The notes under the pieces are model-generated. The model was not told where the DNA came from. It worked only from the letters and a program-made list of their open reading frames with translations, and ran no database searches. From assembly GCA_963662405.2 (NCBI GenBank), contig CAXXKT010000003.1, forward strand, positions 192,001-256,000: 64,000 nt of DNA, given 5' to 3'. This document shows, piece by piece, positions 12,077 through 20,739 of this stretch. The DNA comes from Syntrophales bacterium. GTDB taxonomy: Bacteria; Desulfobacterota; Syntrophia; Syntrophales; UBA2210. How positions within the stretch are numbered: the first letter of the stretch is position 1; each line of letters begins with the position of its first letter. Made by a program: the position numbers and the translations under genes.

Positions 12077-12853
12077 GTGACTGCTAAATATACAGATTTT
12101 ACACCCGAGGAACTCATGGCTGTCGCGGCAGCGCGTGAGTTAAAAGATGGTGAAATAGCAATTATCGGAACAGGAATTCCTCTTATTGCCGCTTTGCTTG
12201 CCCAGAGAACTCATGCCCCTCACATGGTTGCACTTTACGAATCAGGCGCTATTGACTGTAAACCCTCGATTATCCCTTTAACTGTGGCTGAATCCGTTCT
12301 TGTGCCCGGTTCAACAATGCAAGGAGGCTTGGTAGAAGGTCTCGGTATGGTCCATGCCGGTGATGTGGATGTGGGATTCTTAAGTGGTGCACAGATTGAT
12401 CGGTACGGAAATATCAACACCAATGTGATCGGTGATTATCGTAATCCAAAGGTGCGTTTCCCCGGAAGTGGTGGATCAAATGACATTGGTGTAGGATGCA
12501 AGCGAACAATCGTGATGATGCTTCATCAGAAGCGTCGGTTTCCTGAGAAAGTCGATTTTGTCACAACGCCAGGATACTTCAACGGTGGTGATGAAAGAAG
12601 TAAAATGGGTTTTCCCGGTGGTGGCCCGAGTGTAGTTGTGTCGACATTGGGTATTTTAAAATTTCATCCCGAGACAAAGGAAATGTACCTGGTATCGTAT
12701 CACCCTGGTGTGAAGATCGAAGCCATCAAGGAAAATACGGGATGGGATTTGACAGTTTCCAAAGAGGTGAAGGAAACTGAACCACCAACGCCAGCATTAA
12801 TCAAGCTTTTGAGAGAATTGGATCCTACTGGCATCTTTCTTAAAAAGAATTAA
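12077..12853 (+). CDS. gctB: Family I CoA-transferase subunit B (GctB-like)
   Basis: ELMAVAAAREL, GTGIP, LYESG (catalytic Glu position), GAQIDRYGNIN, RFPGSGGSND. Confidence 0.85.
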   Translation: MTAKYTDFTPEELMAVAAARELKDGEIAIIGTGIPLIAALLAQRTHAPHMVALYESGAIDCKPSIIPLTVAESVLVPGSTMQGGLVEGLGMVHAGDVDVGFLSGAQIDRYGNINTNVIGDYRNPKVRFPGSGGSNDIGVGCKRTIVMMLHQKRRFPEKVDFVTTPGYFNGGDERSKMGFPGGGPSVVVSTLGILKFHPETKEMYLVSYHPGVKIEAIKENTGWDLTVSKEVKETEPPTPALIKLLRELDPTGIFLKKN

Positions 12854-13247
12854 CCAGAAGGGTGGTGAGGTGCTGTGTAAGATCTTATTATGTCTTAGGA
12901 GAAAAGATTTGTAAAGGTAACTTTAACCTCACTCGTGCAGAGGCACTTGAAATCCGCGAAATGTGGAAGTCAATTTCATGGAATTTTCGGACAATTGTAT
13001 GAGCGGCAAGAGCAAAATCGTTATTGCTAAGATTGCTCTACACAGGCGATTGTACCGTTAACAAGATCGGCCCCTTCCTAGACAAATACATCATGCGCAA
13101 TCCCGATATATTGGCAGAGCACCAGGGAACCGATATACAGCGGAGACAGGGGCGTATGGCAACGCGTCTTTCAGGTGATCCGAAGGTTACAACAAGAGGT
13201 TGAGGGACCTCAAAAAATATAAGAAAAATGAAACTTAGGAGGAACAT

Positions 13248-14387
13248 ATGGATTTCTATCTGACGGAAGAACAAGCGATGTTTCGGGAGACGGCGAGGAA
13301 ATTTGCGGAAACGGAGATTGCGCCTCTCATCGATACGATGGAAGAGACAAAGCGGACCCCGCGTGATCTGATCAAGAAGATGCGCGATCTGAGCTTTTAC
13401 GGCATCCAATATCCCACCGAATACGGCGGCGTGGGAAGCACATATCTCGAGTATGTGATAGTCCTTGAAGAGTTATCACGCGTCTACTGCTCGATCGGTG
13501 GTCACATCTCGGTCAACTGCCTCTGTGCCGGTTCACTCGAAGAATTCGGAACAGAGGAACAGAAGAAGAAATACCTCCCCGACGTGCTCCAGGGTGATGC
13601 CGTCGGCAGCTTCGCTTTCACGGAACCATCGACAGGTTCCGACCCGGGAGCGGTCAAGACAACCTGCGTCCGTGAAGGAGACGAGTGGGTCATCAATGGA
13701 GAAAAGATCTTCATTACGAACTCTTCGATCCCCGGTTATATCATCCTTTTCTGCAAGGATGTGGAGTTGGACGGTAAGATCACCGCAATCATCGTTCCCA
13801 AAGACACGAAAGGATACGCCACCCCCAAATTGGTGGAGAAGATGGGGATGAACGGCATGGAAGTCGCCGACGTCGTGTTGCAGGATGTCCGTGTTCCGTA
13901 TGAAAACACGCTCGGTGGCGAGGCGTTCCGGGGAAAGGCCTTCAAGACCCTGACGACGGAGATTGCCGTCGGAAAACTGGGGATTTCCGCAGAAGCTACC
14001 GGGCTGGCCCAGGGTGCTTTTGATACGGCCCTCCAGTATGCCAAGGAACGGGTTCAGCGAGGGAAACCGATTACCAAATTTCAGACGATTCAATGGTTGC
14101 TCGGTGAGATGGCGTCTGATATAGAGGCGATGCGCTATTCCACCTATGCAACGGCATTCAAGAAATCGCAGGGAGAAGATATCCTCTTTCAATCGGCCCG
14201 GACGCGTCTGTTCGTCTCCCAGGCATGTCATCGCGTAGTCAGCAACGCCATGCAGATCATGGGCGCTTTTTCTTACTCGAAAGAGTTCCCCATTGAAAGG
14301 ATGTTCCGTGATATGAAGCTCACGGAGATCTACGAGGGTGTAAATGAGATCCAGAGGGTAATGTCAGCAGCGGAATTTTTGCGCTAA
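13248..14387 (+). CDS. Acyl-CoA dehydrogenase
   Basis: FAFTEPSTGSD, NGEKIFITN, RVQRGKPI, IYEGVNEIQR. Confidence 0.95.
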   Translation: MDFYLTEEQAMFRETARKFAETEIAPLIDTMEETKRTPRDLIKKMRDLSFYGIQYPTEYGGVGSTYLEYVIVLEELSRVYCSIGGHISVNCLCAGSLEEFGTEEQKKKYLPDVLQGDAVGSFAFTEPSTGSDPGAVKTTCVREGDEWVINGEKIFITNSSIPGYIILFCKDVELDGKITAIIVPKDTKGYATPKLVEKMGMNGMEVADVVLQDVRVPYENTLGGEAFRGKAFKTLTTEIAVGKLGISAEATGLAQGAFDTALQYAKERVQRGKPITKFQTIQWLLGEMASDIEAMRYSTYATAFKKSQGEDILFQSARTRLFVSQACHRVVSNAMQIMGAFSYSKEFPIERMFRDMKLTEIYEGVNEIQRVMSAAEFLR

Positions 14388-14417
14388 AAAAACAAAGAAA
14401 CGGGATAAGGAGGCGTT

Positions 14418-15194
14418 ATGGAATTGAAATACTTGTTGCTCTCGGTTGAAGACAAGGTGGCGACGGTGACTATTCACCGTCCGGATAAGGGAAATTCACT
14501 GGCTCCCGAGGTCCTTGAGGAAATCGAGACACTCTTTACCGAAATCAGCAAACGCCAGGATGTCAATGTGGTCGTCCTGACGGGAGGTGAAAAATACTTT
14601 TCAGCCGGATTCGATCTGACCATTATCCGCAAGCTGGAAAAGGTATCCAACGAAGATTACACCGCCCTCTTCCACCGGGCATACCGAGCGATCCTGTACT
14701 GCGATCAGCCCGTTATCTGCGCGGTCGGCGGGGCTGCTATTGCCGGGGGATTCGATCTGACCCTTATGTGTGATATCCGTTATGCGTCGGAACGGGCCAA
14801 GTTCGGACAGCGCGAGATCGTTCTCTCACTGACACCGATCATGGATCCCCTGTGGCGAATCATCGGCCTGGGGCGTGCCAAGGAAGTCGCTCTCACCGGT
14901 CGCATCTACGATGCCTATGAAGCGGAAAAGATGGGGTATGTATCCCAGGTGTTCCCGGAAGGAAAATTGATCGAGTCCGTTATGGCCATTGCCAAAGAGA
15001 TGGCAACCTACGACAGGATGTGTCTGAAAGAGACCAAGCAGCTTTCCAACCACGTTCTGGGTCAGGACCTCGACAGCGCAATGAGAGTGGAAGAATGGCT
15101 CTTCAGAACCTTTATCGGGTCTGAGGACAATCATCAGCGAATTGATGCCCTGCAAGAGAAACTTGCGGCGGCACGAGCAAAGAAGAATAAGTAA
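14418..15194 (+). CDS. Enoyl-CoA hydratase/isomerase (crotonase superfamily)
   Basis: FSAGFDL, AVGGAAIAGG, CDIRYAS, AKFGQRE. Confidence 0.93.
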   Translation: MELKYLLLSVEDKVATVTIHRPDKGNSLAPEVLEEIETLFTEISKRQDVNVVVLTGGEKYFSAGFDLTIIRKLEKVSNEDYTALFHRAYRAILYCDQPVICAVGGAAIAGGFDLTLMCDIRYASERAKFGQREIVLSLTPIMDPLWRIIGLGRAKEVALTGRIYDAYEAEKMGYVSQVFPEGKLIESVMAIAKEMATYDRMCLKETKQLSNHVLGQDLDSAMRVEEWLFRTFIGSEDNHQRIDALQEKLAAARAKKNK

Positions 15195-15280
15195 ACAAAG
15201 GCTCCCTCACGCTTGACACGTCTGGGATAAACCACACCAACGGTGACGGTGAGAAAACTCGAACCGCACGGGGCTCGAAT

Positions 15281-15311
15281 TCGCGGGCAGGACATCAGAT
15301 CCTGCCCGCGA
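15281..15311. repeat. Perfect 12-bp-stem intergenic palindrome (REP-like or mRNA-stabilising hairpin)
   Basis: TCGCGGGCAGGA-catcaga-TCCTGCCCGCGA. Confidence 0.55.
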
Positions 15312-15437
15312 CCAATCGAAAACCCGCCATTCAGGGATACGAGATTATACACCACGCATTATCTCTTAAAACATTGAGCGCCCCACACGGGCGAGGGGGA
15401 TGTCGTACCGATAATTCAAAAAGGAGGAATTAGAGAT

Positions 15438-15551
15438 ATGGAAGAGGTTGTCATTGTATCCGCGTGTCGAACGGCGATCAGTAAATTCCTGGGGAGTCTG
15501 AAGGACGTACCGGCGCGAGATCTTGCCGTCACGGCCGGAAAGGAAGCGGTA
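15438..15551 (+). pseudogene. Thiolase (acetyl-CoA acyltransferase), N-terminal 38 codons only
   Basis: [47 protein letters not shown] is a typical thiolase N-terminus; homology stops abruptly. Confidence 0.85.
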
Positions 15552-15618
15552 AATCAGTTAAAAGCATCTGCGAAGTTGATCCAACAACTTCAATACTATT
15601 TCTTGAATCGGGGTTTAG

Positions 15619-16522
15619 CCTTGGCGCAGGATCTACACCACCAATTATGATGATGCCGTCGAGGTCTATCGGCTAAACAAAAAGCTGCCCCGGAATGATT
15701 ACGCCGTGTCTGAGCCGGTACCGAATAAATTGCCACACGGCGCAGTTGTTCGCCTGCACGGGAGCATAAGGCAGGTTACACCCGAGAATGTCCGCACTAG
15801 CTTGGTTCTTTGCGAGGTGTCCTACGTCAATCAGTATGTTGTACGCTCACCTTGGTACGATCAATCCCAGCGCGATCTGACGTTAGCGAGCGCCTTGTAC
15901 ATTGTCGGGTACAGCCTTGCTGACTACCACATTGCGGGTCTCCTCCTCAAAGACCCAGAGCTCGCAAAGCGGACACTCTTTGTTCAAGGGCCGGACCATG
16001 GCGATGTTTTTCTGCGACGGACAAAACCTTATGGCCGTACCCTGTTCATCGGCATGAAAGGCTTCGCGGATGCCTTGAAGAAGGCACCCAGACCCGATAC
16101 GACGTCTGATCTGTCCCGACTCAAGTCGTTCAGGTCGTTGAACCCGGTGCGGGGTAGCAAGTCCATCATTTCAAACCTACCAGATTGATACGCAGGCGTT
16201 TCGGATTGCATTGTTGTTGGCGATCTCCGAAAAGCCAGGTGGCACGATCACGCACATCGATGATGTTTTGACCGGGTTGGAGCGCATTGATGGCATGCTG
16301 ACTGATGACAGCCATCGTGCTTATGCCGTAAAGGTGCTCGCTAACATTCCGCAATTTGTATCAGCTAGACAAAATCATAGCGAAGCGATCGCCATACATT
16401 ATTGGTTGCTCAAAATCGGCGATTCGCTCTCAGGCCTTCCTCGTGACTTTAAAAAAGTATCAGGGTCGGAACTGATCCGAACACGCATGATGAAATCGGC
16501 TGACCTGTTTCTCGAAACTTAG
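15619..16522 (+). pseudogene. SIR2-family protein remnant (two fragments)
   Basis: Frame open from 15619 reads [12 protein letters not shown]...VRLHGSI...IVGYSLADYHI (SIR2_2 motifs); a second frame from ~16160 looks like the C-terminal part. Confidence 0.7.
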
Positions 16523-16681
16523 ATTGATAAGAGCTTGCTTTCCTGTGGCAGAAGGATATCCTGCGCTCTCGTAGCCGCAGCAAGACCTTACATTGGTTCC
16601 AATACAGGGCAACAAGTCACACTCACAGAGCACGATAAAACGATGCTCGAAATAAAAGGTCTGAAGGAATGATGTTCTAAC

Positions 16682-17902
16682 CTAGTGTCATGTCACTCAT
16701 CGAGTGTCGGGTAGAGGCGTGACAGTTTTATCCGGGCATCATTGGCAGTAAACTGCCAATTCACCTTGGCGTCTTTGTTATTTCTGAATTCCTGCCATGC
16801 CCGGACTTCTTTTCTAACAATATCGATATCGGCGATCCGTCTATTCAAACATTGACCGGTTAGCACATTTAATTCTATCTCCGCCATATTCAACCAACTT
16901 CCATGCTTCGGGGTATACACAAATTCGAAACGATCCCATAATGCTTTTGCCGTCTCCGGAGGAAAAGTCTCATACAGTGCTCCGGGCTCATGGGTATTCA
17001 GATTATCCATCACCAACGTGATTTTCTCGGCATCTTTGTAATAACCGGCAATTTCCTCCAAAAAAAGTGCCCAATCATGTTTTGTTCTTCTTTCAGAGAT
17101 GGTCACCATACGTTTCCCCGCCAGTGGTTCACAGGCAAGAAAAATGGTACACACGCCCCGGCGGCAATACTCATAATCATATCGTGTCGGCCGTCCCGGT
17201 GACGCAGGAATGGGACACCTTGTTTCACCGATCAGTTGCTTCGGCGATTCATCCATGCATACGACAGGACGAAACGGATCATAAGGACGCTTGTAGACAT
17301 CAAGAACCTTTTCCATATGGGCAACAAAGCTGCCATTATGCTCCGGTGGAATCACCCATCCTTTATGCCTCCATGGCTTGAGCTCGTTTTTTTTAAAATG
17401 CGTCGAACCGCTTCATGGGAAATACTGTCAATATAGTTCAGCTCGACCGCCTTGTCCGCCAATAATCGTAACGACCACCGGGGAAAACCTTCCGGTGGGT
17501 CACTGCAGCTTAATGCAACCAAATGGGCCTCAAAATCACCATCCGCCTTCTTCGTATACACCCGATTCGCTTTTCTTTTATCGAAGGCGTAATCAAACCC
17601 TTCTTCAACAAACCGTTTCTTGACCCGGTCAATCTTTTTCATGCTTATGTTCAAAACCCGCGCAATTTCTTCGTTGGTTGAACGGCTTGTCTGATATTCT
17701 CCCGAATCACAATCAAGTAGAATCAACGCATTGAGAACCTTCTGTGTCCTATGTTTCCCCTTTGTCACAACACTCATGAGATATTCACGCTCATTCTTGC
17801 TCAGTGTCACTCTGTATCTCTTCATAACCAAGCCTCCTTGGGTGATTATGAAGATCACTATACTTCATTTATTACGACATATCAGGGTTGACGTGACACT
17901 AG
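16682..17902 (-). mobile_element. IS630-family insertion sequence
   Basis: CTAG at both ends, IRs TGTCATGTCA / TGTCACGTCA; split transposase. Confidence 0.9.
16693..17825 (-). CDS. IS630-family transposase (two ORFs, predicted -1 frameshift at an A8 tract, 17387-17394)
   Basis: HTH ORF MKRYRVTLS..RWSLRLLAD..RILKK; a -1 shift gives KKNELKPW; DDE ORF VCMDE, VMDNLNTH, TPKHGSWLNMAEIE. Confidence 0.88.
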
Positions 17903-18068
17903 TAAGCAGAGTGCCCCATTGTGCCTGAATGGACCGAACCGAACCCAAAATGACCGCAAGCACATTAAGTCGAATGAGCGTGAGAATCGAAATGTCGAAA
18001 ACGCGACTGGCTGTGTCTCCTTCTTTAGCTACTTCCACTATCTCCCATGTCCGTTTCCGGATATTCAT
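17903..18068 (-). pseudogene. Ion transporter / voltage-gated K+ channel-type protein, N-terminal fragment cut by IS630
   Basis: MNIRKRTWEIVEVAKEGDTASRVFDISILTLIRLNVLAVILGSV resembles the S1 region of bacterial Ion_trans channels; no continuation beyond the IS. Confidence 0.7.
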
Positions 18069-19246
18069 GCTGCGTTGCTCTCCTTTTCCCCATGGATCAG
18101 TAGGTCAATCACGCGTCCGATGTAGATGGGAGTGTCGATCTTCAATATGATTGGCTTGCCTGATCCAACTTTAGTTATCTCGATTGTTCCCTCATCAATA
18201 TCAACATTCAGATCGCCAATATCCGAGAGCCGTATATTGGTAGTGCCATTACCCACGACGAACACTCGTTTGTTTGTCAGGATCAGAGTTCCGTCGCGTC
18301 GTATTGTGTATTCGTATCCAGTCAGGGAGTTTTTCGATTTCCGTTTTGAGAGAACCTGAACTTGGCATTGATAGAAAGCGTTTTCGCTCTTCTGTATTGG
18401 CTCTGAAAGATCACAACGTGGTATGGTCTCAAGGGGTAGTCGTAGAGCCTGCGTGTCCATGATTTCCTGTACGATGTCAAGCTCACGTTGAACTTCGGTT
18501 TGGGGAATTGCCAATCCAACCATGAGGTTAATAAGTTTGTTGAGTTCTTCCTGTGTAATTTTACGATCTTGAATAGCTTCAATATAGGCGGCTGAGAATA
18601 TTTCTTTCTTTGCCCGTAGTCGTGTGTTTGGGTCAATCCCTAAAGTCTTTTCAACTGTGGCGATCGTCGCCGCTTCTTCCTTTGTGATGAATCCGTCGTC
18701 GAGAACCTTGTCAAGGAAAGCTTGATAGACATCAGCCTCTATCTTTTCGACAGATCGCTTGCTTGCTTGGGTCTTCGGTAATTCCTGTTGCTGTTGCTTC
18801 AGGCTGGCAAGCACCCCGGCAGATGGCGGTGATTGTGCGGTAACGAACGCTGAATCAAGAAATTGCTTGTAGACAGTGACAATCTTCTGCTGGCGAAGCT
18901 GGATGTGCCAGTAGATAACAGGAATGCCGATTGCTGCAACGATGAAAAGGATAAGAACAGTCGGGTTCTTCACCAACCATCGAAATAGCCATACTCCGAG
19001 TACAATCGCAATAGCAACGAACAATATCGTGACCCCCTTGCCATCTGAACTCGATTGGGTACGTGTATGGCCGGATGAAAGGTGTTTCCGGTAATAAAGG
19101 CCGTGCCGGCCTGCATGAACGTATGTTCCCCGAGGACCAACGCCAAGGCGCGCCCCTTTTACGCCGCCAGAGAGGCCGAGGCCACTTTTCGATAGGTTGA
19201 AACGAACCGGCCCAGCGCGGAAGCTTTTTCTCAGGTAAAGGCCCAT
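18065..19246 (-). CDS. DUF4236-domain membrane protein
   Basis: N-terminal MGLYLRKSFRAGPVRFNLSKSGLGLSGGVKGARLGVGPRG..GLYYRK, two TM helices, TerB-like DGFITKEE repeats, C-terminal GTLILTNKRVF (PH-like). Confidence 0.8.
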   Translation of the reverse strand: MGLYLRKSFRAGPVRFNLSKSGLGLSGGVKGARLGVGPRGTYVHAGRHGLYYRKHLSSGHTRTQSSSDGKGVTILFVAIAIVLGVWLFRWLVKNPTVLILFIVAAIGIPVIYWHIQLRQQKIVTVYKQFLDSAFVTAQSPPSAGVLASLKQQQQELPKTQASKRSVEKIEADVYQAFLDKVLDDGFITKEEAATIATVEKTLGIDPNTRLRAKKEIFSAAYIEAIQDRKITQEELNKLINLMVGLAIPQTEVQRELDIVQEIMDTQALRLPLETIPRCDLSEPIQKSENAFYQCQVQVLSKRKSKNSLTGYEYTIRRDGTLILTNKRVFVVGNGTTNIRLSDIGDLNVDIDEGTIEITKVGSGKPIILKIDTPIYIGRVIDLLIHGEKESNAA

Positions 19247-19306
19247 ATTGCTCTATTCCTCCTTGTTATTAAACATGCCTGCTTGGTACCTTGTATAAAA
19301 AAACAA

Positions 19307-20042
19307 GGGTCTTGACTAGAACAGCACACGGAAATATGTTAAGAGTCTAGTCATGTCAATAAGTAACAAGTATGTAAAAAATTCCAAAATTTCAGAGGCA
19401 AAATTTAGAGAGATCGTGAAGTATTTTGCCTTCGATTTGGATGCTCAAACCATCGCTCTTTTAACAAAACTCAATAGAAATACGGTGAATCGATATCTGT
19501 CTTTGATTCGTCAACGTATAGCTGATCTGTGCGAAGAAGAATCACCATTTCAGGGTGAAATCGAGGTTGACGAATCATATTTCGGTGCAAAACGTATCAA
19601 AGGGAAACGAGGCCGTGGGGCCGGGAGAAAAACCCCTGTATTCGGTATCCTGCAACGAAAAGGCAGTGTCTATACCGAAATCGTTCCCGATTGCGCCAGG
19701 AAGACTCTCCAGGCCATTATCAGGGGCAAAGTTGAACCGAATAGTGTCATACATTCAGATAGTTGGAGAGGCTATGATGGTTTGGTTGACTTGGGATACA
19801 AAAAGCATTACCGTGTTCATCACGGAGCCAATGAATTTGCCAGGGGGAAAAGCCACATCAATGGCATTGAATCCTTCTGGTCATTCGCAAAACGGAGGCT
19901 GATGAAGTTCCATGGTATTCCACAATCAACCTTTTACCTGCATCTCAAGGAATGTGAGTTCCGGTTCAACAACCGTAACACCGATATCTATAAATTGTTG
20001 TTAAAGAACTTCAAAAATAAACCGCTGTTCTAGTCAAGACCC
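19307..20042 (+). mobile_element. IS1595-family element, copy 1 (736 bp)
   Basis: Perfect 19-bp IR GGGTCTTGACTAGAACAGC; 8-bp TSD AAAAACAA. Confidence 0.95.
19353..20033 (+). CDS. IS1595-family transposase
   Basis: EVDESYFG, KRGRGA, IHSDSWRGY, HINGIESFWS, LKECEFRFN. Confidence 0.95.
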   Translation: MSISNKYVKNSKISEAKFREIVKYFAFDLDAQTIALLTKLNRNTVNRYLSLIRQRIADLCEEESPFQGEIEVDESYFGAKRIKGKRGRGAGRKTPVFGILQRKGSVYTEIVPDCARKTLQAIIRGKVEPNSVIHSDSWRGYDGLVDLGYKKHYRVHHGANEFARGKSHINGIESFWSFAKRRLMKFHGIPQSTFYLHLKECEFRFNNRNTDIYKLLLKNFKNKPLF

Positions 20043-20084
20043 AAAAACAAAAGCCCCATCTCTCATTTTGAGAAACAGGGCTTT
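20043..20084 (-). terminator. Intrinsic terminator in the leader of the DUF4236 operon
   Basis: Minus strand AAAGCCCTGTTTCTC-aaaat-GAGAGATGGGGCTTT-TGTTTTT (15 bp with G-U pairs). Confidence 0.7.
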
Positions 20085-20520
20085 GATGATCAGACCATAA
20101 TCCTCCTTGGTTACAGCTGTTCATAAGCAGATATAATACAGATATTTCAATGAAACATGTTGACCCTTTAACTCCATGTTGGTGTCATGTCAAGCGATTT
20201 TCCGATGAGACTTACAATCAGTATTAATCGATTTTTTTTCTAGAATTATTCTGAGCAGTAGGTAGGTGAATACAATACACTTGATCAATTATTTATAAGG
20301 TTACACAAGAGAAAGGAGTGGGTAACGGAACAATAACACGCGGACTGATACTTTTCGAACCACAGGGATAAATTTGTGCTAGACAAGATGGCAAAACAAG
20401 GGAACAGATAGAATTGAAGGCGATAGATGGAACAGGAAATTTTGTCTCTCTTCAATAATTGTGGGAAATCAGACCATGGATTAAGGGGTTAACTTTAAGT
20501 ATTTATTGACTTTTTGCCAG

Positions 20521-20565
20521 CTACGAATCCGAAGGTCCTAGGTTCGAATCCTAGTGGGCGTACCA
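20521..20565 (+). repeat. attR core (duplicated tRNA-Arg 3' half)
   Basis: 45/45 identical to 1403-1447. Confidence 0.95.
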
Positions 20566-20571
20566 TTTTAC

Positions 20572-20620
20572 AAACAAGGGGTTACGAGTCTTAGAAACGG
20601 CTTGTGCCCCTTGTTTTTTT
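20572..20620 (+). terminator. Probable original tRNA-Arg terminator, displaced by the island
   Basis: AAACAAGGGG..ACGAGTC / GGCTTGT..CCCCTTGTTT hairpin plus T run directly after attR. Confidence 0.65.
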
Positions 20621-20739
20621 GTAAAGGGTATTGCTGTCGCTTATTCAGCCTTGACATTGATATGAATGAGCACGATTGATTGTATTCTTGTAATGCATTT
20701 GCCTTATAGAAATATTTCATATATTATCCGTCGAAAAAG

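Larger units (their letters stand above)
1403..20565. mobile_element. Genomic island integrated at tRNA-Arg(ACG), integrase-defective
   Basis: Exact 45-bp direct repeat of the tRNA 3' half at 1403-1447 and 20521-20565; integrase stub beside the tRNA; AT-richer, IS-rich, pseudogene-rich interior. Confidence 0.93.

Noticed and set aside
13030..13240. Gene remnant before the acyl-CoA dehydrogenase (LYTGDCTVNKIGPFLDKYIMRNPD..)
   Set aside because: Coding-like and coincides with a composition shift, but I cannot assign a family
16670..16685. Integron attC inverse core (TTCTAAC) after a short ORF end
   Set aside because: No matching GTTRRRY arm (IS630 follows immediately), no other attC and no intI in the window
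1448..20520. Prophage or conjugative element
   Set aside because: No structural, replication, relaxase or T4SS genes in the island
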